The notes under the pieces were generated by a model. The model was given only the letters and a program-made list of their open reading frames with translations, did no database searches and had not been told where the DNA came from. Source: Octopus vulgaris (Eukaryota). Taken from it: a stretch of DNA of 64,000 nucleotides. This document shows, piece by piece, positions 37,161 through 51,390 of this stretch (its first letter is position 1; every line of letters begins with the position of its first letter). The DNA is taken from contig OX597821.1 in the NCBI GenBank assembly GCA_951406725.2, forward strand, positions 55,676,001-55,740,000, given 5' to 3'. The position numbers were made by a program, and so were the translations under genes.

Positions 37161-38552
37161 TAGATGATCCATATTAATACTTGAGCGTCTTGAAATCATA
37201 GTGTACATAACTTGGTTATAGAAAAGTATGTTTAATAAAACAATGTAAGCAATAGTTTCTATAATTAAAGTGTTGTGAACACTCTATGACCCGGGTGGAT
37301 GTATGGTTAAGCAAGTCGCTTCATACCCATGAGATTTCGAGTTCGATAACCTGCGGGATAAATTAGGCTTCAGTCGACCAACACATTGTGAAACATGGTT
37401 GACGGATACTGTGCACGAATCTGTCGGATGAATTGTACATGTTATACAAAGGCTCAGCTTTTTTACAATGGTCATATTGATTTTTGAGAACCATGCTAAT
37501 TATACATGTGAATGAAATACTCAGTCAAATATATGCTAATTTACTGATCAGGAAATTTTCTGATCATGTAAACAAACGACGATTTATTCACTTCTATTGC
37601 TTTGAAGAATATAATTAGAAATCATTTTGTTTATTGTCTAGTCTCCCTACATATTTACAAGACCAAACACAAGACATTGACTGGATTTATACAGATTAGA
37701 TGCTATAAAATAAGATGTAAGCTTGCATGATTCTTTCAGCTTTTCTTACGTTATTCATTGTCATCATTTATCGGTAACATTCCTTTAACTAGGGATTTAT
37801 TTCAGACCTATAAAACTTTTCAGCTTTGAACAATTGGATTATTTACTATATCTATGTTTCCATAAGTAACGCTTCCATACTTAGGATAGTGCAGCGACTA
37901 AACACATAAAATACTTTGAAGCTCAAATTATGTCTTAACTCATCAAAACTTTTTCGAGCTTCAATGCCTCGCAGTTCTTTCGTTGTTATTTTTATTGCTA
38001 TCTTACTTTCTGCTTGTTATTGCATTCAATTTATTCGCCAAAATGTATCCAATACACCGGATAAAAACGATAGCATTAGAATTACTAATCAAACTTAATA
38101 ATTAAGCTGCATGTGTTGGTGTCAAACAGAATTATCAAATCAAATCTACAAGGATAAAAACTTATCTTACTCTACTGGAAAACCAAATCTATTGCCACTT
38201 ACAATTTTATTCTCACATCCCCTTCAAACAACCACAGCATCACTTTTATAACCTCCTGCTTCCTCTTTGACTCCCGTTCCTCTCCATTTTATCCTCGCCT
38301 GTTTGTATAAATACTCGTTACTTCGACAGAACTAGATATTTAATTAATCTTGATGATTATATACAAGCATTAAATTATTAAATATTTCCTGCAATTTACT
38401 GTTCAACAACTTTTATCGTGTAATTTTAATGTAATTCGCTTCAATTAGCTCTCACGATAAATCAACACTGTTCAGAGAACCGGTGTTTGTACGACAGAGT
38501 TTACAATCAAATATAAATATTGTGTGAAGCAAGATCAAATATCTCATATAGT

Positions 38553-38737
38553 CTTTTCTAGGCCTGAAATGTTTGGGGAGGGGGTTATTCGGTTAGATCG
38601 ACCCCAGTATGCAACTGGTACTTAATTTATCGACCCCGAAAGGATGAAACGCAAAGTCGACCTCGGCGGTATTTAGACACAGAACGTAAAGCTGGACGAA
38701 ATACCGCTAAGATTTAACCCGTGCTAACGATTCTGCA
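38553..38737 (-). mobile_element. SINE family B
   Basis: Minus strand: GCAGAATCGTTAGCAC head, then GCCGAGGTCGACTTTGCGTTTCATCCTTTCGGGGTCGATAAATTAAGTACCAG conserved central domain; multiple copies in the window. Confidence 0.8.
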
Positions 38738-40269
38738 AAATATTAAACCATGGAAGTAAAGATTTATTATTTAATTAACTTGATATATTGGTATGTAATC
38801 CTCCCTGTAAATTGGACTAGTTCATTGATTTTAATGTTTGAAAATGTGTTGTTGAGGAGAAATATTCTCAATCAGTGGGATTAAATATTTCCTACTGAGA
38901 TAATGTTTCATTTGAATAATTAATTCTATAATATGGTGCAAGAATGGGAACACGCTTATCAAGCATATTGCTTAACACATCTCAATATATTTCTGGATTG
39001 AATTTTAAAAATCGAATTTTCCTGTCAGGCTGCTTATATTTAATGCAATATTGCTTACTTTTTTTCTTTATTTATTTATGCTCAACCTGAGAATTTTGTC
39101 TAGGTTATAAAATTATGAATATTACTCAGCTACGTTAATTTTACACGTGGGAATTCAGTTAGTTTAACGAAATATTATTCATCATCGACACCGCCACATA
39201 TATGAACAGTTTCAAAAGACGTGAAATGAAAAACCTACATATCACGGTAAATTTAAATATATGATGCTAAATATAACATTTTATTATTCTGTAATTATGT
39301 AGTCTACCATCGCCAATTCCATAGTTTTATTTTTCAGTAATCCTTTCTATAATAATGCATCCAATCCAATCATCCAATTTATTATATACTGCAGGAAGCT
39401 AGTAATCCATTTTTCCCAATTGTTCTTGTTCCATATAGCCATTATTCTCTTAGTTTCTCAGAACAATATAGTTTGATGATATTATAATAATAGTACATGT
39501 CATTTCACTGGCTTCTCTTCCAATAATGCTAAACGAATACCATCTGTTAATGATCCTTTTCCTAAATCTAATAAAGGTTCACACACATATATAATCAAGA
39601 TATTTGCAGCGCTGTGTTTAAGACCTGATGAAAGATTACGATGATTTGACTTAGAATCCGCCTATTGGCTAATTACATGTTCTCTTTCTTTAACCTGGAC
39701 TTTATTCTAATAGTTTCTTCTCAGAAAGGAAAACGTGTTTACAATTTAAGATTTTACTTCCTGAATAGGATTTGATTTGACACTAATTTGCAAATGATAC
39801 CTCTGTATCTATATAATTGCAGTAAGGGCTTACTTGAAGTTTGACATATGACCAGTTGTGCTCACACTTAGTATTTTGTGTCAAAAAGAAATCTTTGAAA
39901 AGATAATATGAACATTTGGAAAGTAAATGACTTAAATGAAAGTTCTTACTATCATTTCCTGTATATTTACTAGGTGATATATTCGCTTATATATTACATG
40001 TGCATACTTTTGAGCTATTTCTTAGGAGTGACTGTGCCATCGTTCGGAGACGACACATCATAAATTTTCTCTGAATTGACTGAAAACGCTATTGAAAAGC
40101 TGACTACATTCCAGATATTTAATTACAGCTACAAGCAGCTCGACAGTAGCATAGATATACAGCAATGCTGCTATCCTTAATTGAACTAAGGAGGAAATTG
40201 AAGGCCTTAAGCAAACTATTTGTAATTAGAAATATTGTGAGCTTGTTTAATCCTCGTGAGTTTGCTAAT

Positions 40270-40413
40270 TCCCCGTCGCCACTGTTTTGATCCAACGACG
40301 GACTGTTATAGCGCTCACTCTGGTATAGCAGTATAGTTAGTCAGACAAGACACGACAACTGACACCTTGTCACGTGGGAGGGGTGTTCCATAATTATTAT
40401 TATCCCCATAACA
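40270..40413 (-). mobile_element. Short LTR plus primer-binding site of a Gypsy-type element (remnant)
   Basis: Minus strand TGTTATGGGG...CAAAACA (40413-40283) followed by G-TGGCGACGGGG, a typical Gypsy PBS start. Confidence 0.45.
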
Positions 40414-43063
40414 CATAATCTAACCAGATTATAGCTGTTTGCTAATTTATACTTGACAAACCACCTATAGCCAATAGTCCTCAGATAGCCATAACACCCA
40501 TGCCATGAGTAGCTGTTCAAATTGACGTTTTAGGCAACAAGACAATCTGAGCAGTAATTGTATGTAAGTATTACGTTTTGTCATCTAATGTAAAAGTACC
40601 TTAATTCTATATGTTCACTTATTCTCTTAATTGTTTATTTTTTTACCTGTCACCTTCCCGAGGGAAAGGATGTAAAGAAAAGAAAATTGTTATCGTCTCC
40701 TTGAATCGTAAGAACGTTTAATATTTTTTCAAGCATCGTGGATACTTGATCTAAAAACTTCTCAATAATCCGTAGGTTTCCTGCTTCTCTTGTACTTTTT
40801 ATTTTTACCGCACCGACATCAATGGAACACCGGATTTGTGACAACTGTGCGGTCCCAAACTACAATATCAGGCCGGTTGTGTTTTTAACTCGGTGACAGT
40901 TTATATTTTTAAGATCCACCGGTATTCTTTTGTACCATCTGTTTCAATATATTCCTCCCAATTTGATTTTCTCTTCATCTTCTGTTCTAGCTAACACATC
41001 ATGTCTCATGGGGTGGTAGTAACAAGAAGACATTCTTTCTCATGTGGTAATAAGGTGGCTTACATCTTCAATGTATGTATCTGTGTATGTATGTATGTAT
41101 GTATGTTTATGTACGTACGTATGTATGCATGTATGTATATATGTATGTGTGTGTGTATGTAAGGAATGAGTTACAACTGATGAAATTATATTACGTGCTT
41201 AAATGAAAAAAAAGGAAAATTAAACGTTCTTTAGCTTTCTCACGATCATATCTCAGATAGAACTACGTTCCTTAAGGACGTCAACAAACGCTGGATTCAA
41301 CTGTTAGGCGACAGATACAGTTACGACGAAATAGGGAAATATATTTTATTCGTAGCGATTGAAACGGAAAAGCACAAGAATAGACAAAATTATGTAAATT
41401 TATGATTAGTGGCTCGAACGGAAAATGAAAAACATAAATCTAATTGCAATAAAAATGAATTAAAACACGGTTTTACGACAAAGATAAGATATTTATCGAT
41501 TTCCAGGAAAATAATAAAAGCGAAAATAGTAACATAATAAACGTGACGTCAAAGAAAACTTCATAGCACGATAAATGGTGGACGAATCTTTGAACAAAAT
41601 TGGAAACTAGAAGGACATGTGTGCTCATTAGTTGAGCTGAATGATATAAAAGAGTGATCAATGTTCATAACGAGATCAGAAAACAGCAAGTTCAGAATTG
41701 CAGACACGAAAGACAGAGAAGGAGAAACGGCATAGAGAGAGAAGAGAGGGGATAGAAGAAGGAAAAAGAGAGAGAAAAGAAGAGTTGAAAAGTGAATGGA
41801 AAGAGAAGTGGTTTCAAGTTTATTTCCGTCGGCAATCATAAACTCTAAGGACACAAGTGACCTCAGAACATGGGAAATATTACATACTTAGGAAATAAAC
41901 AAAACGTTAACACTCATCGGTTACTTTACTACAGATTATATTAGTTTCTCCATCTCAAATATATTCATAATCGTTTCAATAAATAAAGTACCAGTCTCAC
42001 AGATATATTCTTTCCCCTTATCTCTGCAAGAAACTGACTATATTCAGACTGGAGAGGGATGGACTCGTCCATGTGTAAAATGCTCTATGACATTATATGT
42101 CACACTGACGCTTTTTTAAATATATCAAGAGTTAAGCCCATCCCATATGCATAAAAAAACCCAGCCGTCTCCTGCGATCGAGTATGACTTGGTAACAGGT
42201 ACCATGCTTTGTCTAAATGTTTCAAATGACTTGGCAGATGCGAGCAGGCAAAGACATCTACTCGACTCTCCCACATTCTAGTCTAGATAGAAACAGAGAT
42301 AGCTGCGCTAGCAAATTTCTGTTACTTATTTTAGGCTGACTACACTGGAACTACATGAAATGAATTAGTTTGCTGCAGGACAAAGCCATCCACCCGGGTA
42401 AGGAATTGAGTGTTGTAATTGTAAGTAATCATCGCCCATGCACAGCACACTTAAATAAATCCATATGTGTGTGTGTGTGTGTATGTGTGTGTGTGTATGT
42501 GTGTGTGTGAGTGTTAGTGTGTGCGCGCGCACATGTTCTAAAGGCGCGTGACCTAGAGGCTTGGATATGCAGCCCAGGATCATTATGTCGTAGGTTAATT
42601 AACCGGACCGAGCGGAGTGTTGAGTCCTTTCTTTCACGTTCTTCCACAATGCTTAGCTGAAATTTATATACAAAATATAAAGAGAGGAAATAGCTGGGCC
42701 AATCACTTCACAAGAGACGGAAAGCATGAAAGACTAACTTAAAGGAATCATCGTAACTCCGCACTGTGTTGCAAGCCAGTGACTTCTGTGAACCGTGTTG
42801 ACGGTTATAGTTCAACCGCTTCGACGATCATCTGTAGAGAGAATATGACTATGTATGATTAGACAATTGAATGTATATCTTTTGATCTGTTCTAAACCTA
42901 ACAACAGCTGTATAAAATTCCCTATGCGAGTGAACAAACTGAACATACAATGGATGGAAGTGTGTTTGCAGCGAAAACCTCCAGAAATAAGTAGCTTAAC
43001 ACATGATGATATAGTATGTTTGAAGTTTTTAGAATTCTGCTTCTTATATCTGATTTGCAATGG

Positions 43064-43065
<2 letters not shown>

Positions 43066-43140
<75 letters not shown>
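43066..43140. repeat. (TG)n microsatellite
   Basis: Directly visible. Confidence 0.97.
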
Positions 43141-43141
<1 letters not shown>

Positions 43142-43620
43142 CTGTGTCCGTGCACATATAAAACAGGGCAAATGTAACTATTTCTCAGTGGAATGGAACA
43201 ATGAAACAAGCCTTAATCAATTTTCGTAAGTCATCGGTTTCTCATCAGCGGTGTTTCCATCACTTAAACAGTCACAGAGAAGCATGTAGCAATTTGCTTA
43301 CATAGAGAACAAATCCAGTAGCTTCAGAAGACAGGGGTTTTTCATTTGCACACCATAGGTATTTAGCACTTCATTCAGTATCTAAGGCCTTTCAACTCAC
43401 TGTTTATCTGTCATTGGATACTTGCTACTCATAAAGTCCAGAAAATAAAACCAGAAATCCGAATTAATCAACGCCACTGGCGTTGTTAGTGGGATTCTTC
43501 ATATATATTTCTGTGTTTTTCACACTGTTCGTTTATAAAAGATCCTTTCTCGAGACGAATACTACATTTTAGAAGGCTTGTAACTGTATATATGCTTTAA
43601 TATGTTATACATATTGCTAA

Positions 43621-43947
43621 GGGAGACCCATAACTCAGCGGTTAGAGCGTCAGGCTCACTATGAGATAACTTGTTCGACTCCCGGACCGCGCTGTGTTGT
43701 GTTCTTGAGCAAAACACTTTATTTCACATTGTTCCAGTTAACTCAGTTGTAGAGATGAGTTCCAACGTCACTGGTGCCATGCTGTACCGGGCTTTGCCTT
43801 GAATAACATCGGTGGTGTGGAGAGGGAAGGCTAGTATGCATGGGTGACTGCGGGTCTTCCAAAAACAACCTTGCCTGGACTTGTGCTCCGGAGTGTAACT
43901 TTCTAGGTGCAGTCTCATGATCATTCATAACCGAAAGGGGCCTTTAC
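43621..43947 (+). mobile_element. tRNA-derived SINE family D with CORE-like central domain
   Basis: A box taactcagcggttagagc, B box gttcgactccc, then gtgttcttgagcaaaacacttta...gtagagatgagt. The 3' part is shared with 4784-4935. Confidence 0.8.
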
Positions 43948-43967
43948 ATGTTATCAATAGATTGCTA

Positions 43968-44020
<53 letters not shown>

Positions 44021-44413
44021 CACCTTTCGCGAATGTGATGCATGACTTGTTGATTTGTTCAATTATTGAACATTCTACATTGCTACGTTATTATATTTTT
44101 ATATTTGAAACTGACACTTACTTTGTTGGTACACAGTTGATAGTGAAGACTAACCCAGGTCTATAAAAGTAGCTACCACACAGATAAGTCGTCTTTTTCG
44201 TCGTTCATGACAGTAACAAACTAGAAGCTACATGTTCTGGAATAGTAATACAATGCATATTAACATGCGCGGTCTTGTACACCTAGTTTGCTGATACGTA
44301 TTCCCATATATACGCTTTAGGACGTGCGAAATGAAATTAGGAAGAGATAGTGTAACGAAAATTAACAGTGTGAGTGTATGTAGTGAAGCACACGGCATAA
44401 TATATATATTTAT

Positions 44414-44462
<49 letters not shown>

Positions 44463-44645
44463 TAAATTAGAGATAAAACCACTATTAGGCAAATCAAACA
44501 GTGAAAAACATAACCAAAACATAAAAATAATTAATATAATATACAAAATATATATAAAATATAAAATTTTAAAATTTTAAAAATTTAAATTTAAAATTAA
44601 AATTATTAATTTATATTTATAAATTATATATATATATATATTACA

Positions 44646-44703
<58 letters not shown>

Positions 44704-44870
44704 ATAATATTAGGGAATAGTATTCCAAATTTACAGGGAAAAAATATATATATATTTATTACATTTATATATATATATATATATATATATTTAATAATAT
44801 TAGGGAATATTATTCCAAACTTACAGGAAAAATTCAATTTAGTAATACTAAATCAAATTTCACAGTATAA

Positions 44871-45347
44871 ATATAAATTAAATTAGAGATAAAACCACTA
44901 TTAGGCAAATCAAACAGTGAAAAACATAAAGATAAATATAATTACAAATTTTTATATTCTTTTATAATTTTTTAAATTTAAAATTTACAAGGTTTTAAAC
45001 TTTTTTTATACTATCAAAAAGTATTAAAAGTTTAATAAAAAATAATAAGAAAACCACTACGTACGTTTCATGGCCATAACCCAATTAATTTAAATTCGAA
45101 TTGGGTCATGGCCATGAAACGTACGTAGTGGTTTTACTTATTATTTTTTACTAGATTTTTAATACTTTTTGATAGTATAAAAAAAGTTTTAAAATTTATA
45201 AATTTAAAATTTTTTTAAATATTAAGAAATATAAAAATTTATAAAATTTTGTATATTATATTGATTATATTTATTTTTATGTTTTGGTTTATGTTTTTCA
45301 CTGTTTGATTTGCATAATATTGGTTTTATCTCTAATTTAATTTATAT
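44871..45347. repeat. Long inverted repeat (fold-back) 1, ~215/250-bp arms, 12-nt loop; extra partial arm copy at 44455-44620
   Basis: aattagagataaaacca...aaatcaaacagtgaaaaacata...ccactacgtacgtttcatggccat mirrored by atggccatgaaacgtacgtagtgg...tatgtttttcactgtttgattt...tggttttatctctaatt. Confidence 0.93.
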
Positions 45348-45412
45348 ATATATATATATAGTAAAAAGAATTGTTTACACCTGGTTGTTTACTGGTAAAG
45401 CACGGTCGCAAA

Positions 45413-46020
45413 TGGAAGATGGAATATAGGAGGATTTATTATTAACCACGACAATTGGTTCGACAACTCTAACATCGATCCTTCATGGGTGGGACACTCA
45501 ACGACTGGTTCAGGCGCATCCGGCAGTGCAGATGTATCTTGTCGAGTAATAAATGAGTACAACTCGTTAAAAAACAGTTCCACAATGTAACTTCTCGTTT
45601 TGTTGCAAGAAAAGCAGCCAAACGGGGAAAATATCTTCATTTATATAGCAGATCAGAAATAAAATCACAGATGGAAAAAAAGAGAAACGAACACGCAATC
45701 CAGCGGTTATTTTTAAAATCCCTCTCGCCGGATTGCGTGTTCATTTCTCTTTTTCCATCTGTGATTTTATTTTTGATCTGTTATATAAATGAAGATATTT
45801 CCTCCGTAGCTGCATTGTTTTTCTTCCTACATAACGAGAAGTTACCATGCGGAAATGATATTTTAACGAGTTATATTTATTTATCAGTCGACGAAATATA
45901 TCTCCAACGCCGGATACTCCAGAACCAGTTACTAAGTGTCCTACCCATGAGGGATCGATGGTAGATGTGTCGAAACAATTGTCATGATTAATAATAAATT
46001 CTAATATCTTCCATCTTCCA
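45413..46020. repeat. Long inverted repeat (fold-back) 2, ~295-bp arms, 20-nt loop
   Basis: Arms 45413-45705 and 45726-46020 are complementary along their whole length, with many substitutions. Confidence 0.93.
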
Positions 46021-46029
46021 ACTTTCATT

Positions 46030-46067
<38 letters not shown>

Positions 46068-46079
46068 GCATAAACAATG

Positions 46080-47450
46080 GATGCAAACACCTAGCGCTCA
46101 AAGTACAGCTGATTGAGTGGAATTGTTAGCTAAGAGAAATTTACTTATATGAATCAAGGGTCAAATGCCAAACTTCGCTTCCGACTCCAGGTAATGCCTG
46201 ATCAAACCACTCAAATGGGAAATCGGTCAGGTGACCAAGCTTAATTTGAGGGAGAAAAGCGACAGCATAGGAAGGCTTCCCAGATTTTCCTTATGACGTG
46301 AATCAAATGAAGTAATTTCATGGTTTAAGGCAAACCAGGGTAGAGGCAGAGGAAAGTTCACCCAATTCGATATTATTGACTTTTATCCATCGATATCGAA
46401 AGAGTCACTGGAAAAACCGCTTACTTTCGCTATGCCCTTATCACCTGTTATACCCTTATCCCTAACGTCAATAAACACTAGCGTTGGTGATGAGGGCATA
46501 GAGGTTATAATGCACGCCATCAAAACGCTACTGTGGATCAAACAAACTAAACCTTCAATATGTCGAATACCCCCATCTCCTTCAATATGGAGATGAGGGT
46601 ATTCGACAGCGCGGAAATCTGCAACCTCATAGGTTAATATATACTAGATACCTTAAGATGTTCCAGTAAGTTTACTTTGGTCTGTATAGAACTGACGATT
46701 TAGCCATCTCTCGAAGTGCAAACGTGTACATCCAGACAGGAGAATCTGAATCATACATTTGCCTCGTTTGCTCTTTATGTTACCATTGGGTTCAGCATAA
46801 CTGTAGTTAATTTCTTTAGATGTTACGCTTGATTTCGACACCTTTTCATACGGGCTCTACTGCAAACAAAATGAAAAGCTGGCCTCTATCAAAACAACCT
46901 CATGTCACCCCAATCAATTTGTCCAAAACCTATGTGAAAGTTGTTAGTATGAGGATTTCGAACCAATCCCCGAATGAAGATATTTTTGATACAGCGGCTC
47001 CCTATTACAACGAGGTTCTGGAAGCCAGCATTTATAAGTACTGCATCACCTATGTATCGGAAGATGACAACCTAAATAAAAGTGCCACTGTAAGGTCCTT
47101 TCGTTTGCTCCGCCCCTCTCAATCAATGTCAAAACCTGCGTGGGAAAGGTCTTCCTTAGATTAGTAAATAAGCATTTCACGGTTCCATAGGTGAAGGAGA
47201 TTATTCAATAGACATAACAAAACGATCTCTTTCAGCTGCACACATAGTGTAAAAAGATATGAGGGAACGCCCAAAAACGCTTTTTGGAAGCAGAGTACTC
47301 ATATGGGGTTAACAGTAATTGCCCGCTAGATGGTCAATACGACACCGAGGCCTTGGTCGACGAAGCTGAAGAAATAAAAATAGCAGAAACAACAATAGAA
47401 ACGAAAGGACACACATATGGAAATATGTTGTGCCTTCTTGAATTCAGAAA
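46080..47450 (+). pseudogene. Decayed PLE of a different (Hydra-type) clade: RT and GIY-YIG remnants
   Basis: FTQFDIIDFYPSISK, DSAEICNLIG, GLYRTDDLAI, FLDVTLD, RISNQSPNEDIF..AAPYYNEVL, PP.SINVKT.VGK.FL.LV.KHF, NCPLDG. Clade call is from recalled motifs. Confidence 0.8.
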
Positions 47451-48180
47451 GCGAGATTTTTACCCGATGCCCTCAGGACAGAAAATTCGTTTTGGAAACG
47501 TGGTCTTTCCCATCTGCGGACAAGAAAAGAGAAATATCGTAAAGTGAATGACCCATTTCAGCCATAGCTGGAATCATTTAAGAGGAAACAATTCTTCATT
47601 GCATCTCAGCAAGGGACATTTTCAGCTACAGTTTTCGCCGCTAATTTCACCAAAACTGTATATTCACCTCCATTAGTAAAAAGGCTATGTGCTTCCGGCC
47701 AGCAGGTCTCTTGAGTCGTCTATCTTGCCAAGTGCAATAGTAAAGCCAATGGCAAATCTCTTACCGGTTTTATGTTGTAACCAATGATATACATAGACAG
47801 ACAGACAGACAGATAGGCAGACAGACAGAGAAATAGACAGACAGATTGATTGATAGGTAGATAGATAGATGACGGAGGGAGTGAGGGACATATACACATG
47901 TTTGTATATGTCGCCCTCCACTTTTGGTTCACAGTCATTTTTATATGTACACATACATTCTAAAGCCCATACATGAAAAAACATCCATACGCTCACACAC
48001 ACACATACGAACACGCGCACATACACGTTTGTACACGCAAACATATACTGATGTTTGTGTAAAAGTGTACGTTCGTGAACATGTATGCGTGTACCCGCCG
48101 CACGTGTATGCGACTATGTATCTCTGTATGTATGTATGTATGTATGTATATATATATATATATATGTTTGTGTGTGCATG

Positions 48181-48217
<37 letters not shown>

Positions 48218-48353
48218 CAGAGTAAGCACATAAATGCGAAACAATGTGGAAAAATAGTACTCTAATACCAGCGGTGGAGTAACAGTTCCTGTGATATTTT
48301 TGCTAATTTCTAATAAAGTATATATGTATGTATGTGTGTATATATATAAGTAT

Positions 48354-48397
<44 letters not shown>

Positions 48398-48466
48398 ATA
48401 TATATATATATATATATATCTGATGGTTGATGATTGATTTAGATACATTTCTCCATTTTCTCATTT

Positions 48467-48532
<66 letters not shown>

Positions 48533-49259
48533 TGTGTATGTGTGTATATAGATGCATGCATACACTCATAGATGCTTATATCCATGCTTTCATACATACA
48601 TAGTGCCGTAAACATCAGACGTGCAGGGGTAGAAGACCATTCAAAATGCGTTGTTGAGCGTTTTCGTCCACAGATATTCCGATTACTATAAGTTAAATAC
48701 GTAACTGTTTCATTTCTTCATTTATAAATAACATGAAAAATTATAAATTTTATATTTACCAATATATCATTATTCGTGCCGTATTACAAACTATAACTAA
48801 CACTACGAGGTACCTCATTAATAGGATCATTGATGATACTGATAAGAACAATGCCAACACTGATACCAACGCAAGTAGTACAACGGCACCTGTAAGTTAT
48901 GCAAAGTGACGTAAGTTTTCTTATTTTACGCGGTCTTCACACTTGAAACAACATTTATGTCGGTACTATGACAAAGACCGTGATGACTCTTCTATAGCTT
49001 ATATAATGCGGTTAAAATAATACTGAGACGGAACTCGACAGAATGCATCTTTGCAAAATTAAATGGCTATCACAAATAGAATTTGCTATTCCAACTCTTG
49101 TGATAATCTATCTTCTCTAAACACTGACAACTGGCTAAAATCTCTAAACAAAGCGCTGCCATCATTACTAGACTCTTATGTTTCTATGTGTGTAACTGAT
49201 TTGACAGAGATAACTAAAATATATTCAATTTCAGAAAATTTGGAAGCCACTGTTTACCA

Positions 49260-50380
49260 TGTATACTGAAACTTTTTTCCTATGAGATATCTGCAGTAAC
49301 ATAGTATAGAATAGTGTACCAATACATTAGTACAGAATACTGTACCTATGTCCACAAATGACCCTAAAAATTTCACTTAGAGCTAGATGCAAAAATTATG
49401 ATGACAATGCTTGTACGTGTCAGGTAAAAAAACTTGACTTTCGACTGAAATGTATATTTTCAGGACTATAGAAAGACAGATTGGTGTACTATATTGGCTT
49501 GGTGAAACTCGGATGATCCATGTCACCATGAATAAAACTACCGAGTTGGGAGATAACTATAAGTTCGTTGCTTGTCTTGACAAGGTCTTACAAAAAGTTC
49601 CACAAGGGTCCTTATGAGTCCAACAACATAGAGTCTGATGAGCTGACAGAGGAATAAAAAGGGGTTTGGGAATGTGTTGAACAACTTTTGATAAACAAAA
49701 CTGTGCTGTCTGAAATAAGAAAACACCGCAGAAAACTTGTGACAGTATGGCTGGCTCATAGAAAAGCATTTTTCTCTGTTTCTTATTCATGGTTGCTGCA
49801 GTCTCTGTGCTGTGCAAACATACCTACTCCCGCATTTGTTGCCATTGAGATATACACACAAACTTGGGATATAATCCTCACACTCACCACTGAGAGCGAA
49901 TCAATCGTCTCTGCTGTTATAAATATTTCAATGGGAATATTCGAAACAGACAGCTTTTCTGCAAATTTGTTTATTTTGACATTAAATCCTCATTATTTCC
50001 GCTACAAATATCCAATCGCTATATGCTAGGTTATGCGACTTCTAGAGTTATCAATGTAACCAATAATATCTTTGTAGGTGACCAGAAGCTGTATGCCAAA
50101 AATAATTACAATGCTGAAAAGATCTAGATTTAACTTTTCTGCTGATACAGGAACTGAATTTGGCTAAAAGAAATTATCGCATTTGTTGATCTAAACAGGG
50201 AAAATCAGCCTCTCAAATTCCTAACCGCTCCACCAAAGGTCTCTCTATCTTTTCTGTTCCACACAAATATTGTCACATTCACTTAGGCATTGATGAGGAC
50301 ATATCATATGAAGATGCTGTGTATAAAGATAGCATGAACCTAGAATATTACACCAGAATTATTTTAAATGGCAGTCGAAA
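49260..50380 (+). pseudogene. Decayed R4/Dong-like non-LTR RT fragment
   Basis: EQLLINKTVL.E....RKL...W...RKAF.SV.YSWL, NISMGIFETDSFS..LF.LTLNP, FVGDQKLYA. Confidence 0.75.
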
Positions 50381-50861
50381 TTCCCCTCTTACAATACATT
50401 ACACCATCGTACCGCTATACCAGATCACACTTGAAAGTGTGATATGATGTAGCGTTTACGCGTCCAAGATAGATCACGTTCAGGGTATGTCGTAAAATTT
50501 TAGCTATTAAAACATATTGGAAGCAGGGAGCCTGTAGCCCTTATAAGCCTATAGGTTTTCAATAGATATATGGGTTTCGCTAATCAGTGCATTCAACTAA
50601 AATACATTGTAGTTTCTTATCATTATGCTACTTCCTTATCACCCTACGCTATCAAAAATTCGGCAGACTAAGGGTTAATTTGTTGGAAACTTTTAACCAA
50701 GGAATTTGTTGTTCATAAAAAAAAAATAAAAAAGTAAAATTTTCATAAATCTCTTAAATTGCTCAACCATAAAAAGTTTTTCTCTCATTTCCACTTCGCT
50801 GCGTTCTTTTTTATCGTTATGTTTGTCTCTTTCTGTTATATTCTCTTTAAGTATTTTAGAT

Positions 50862-51390
<529 letters not shown>

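Noticed and set aside
43232-43253. CTGATGA directly followed by GAAAC on the minus strand
   Set aside because: No stem II and no proper stem III or UH site; probably chance.
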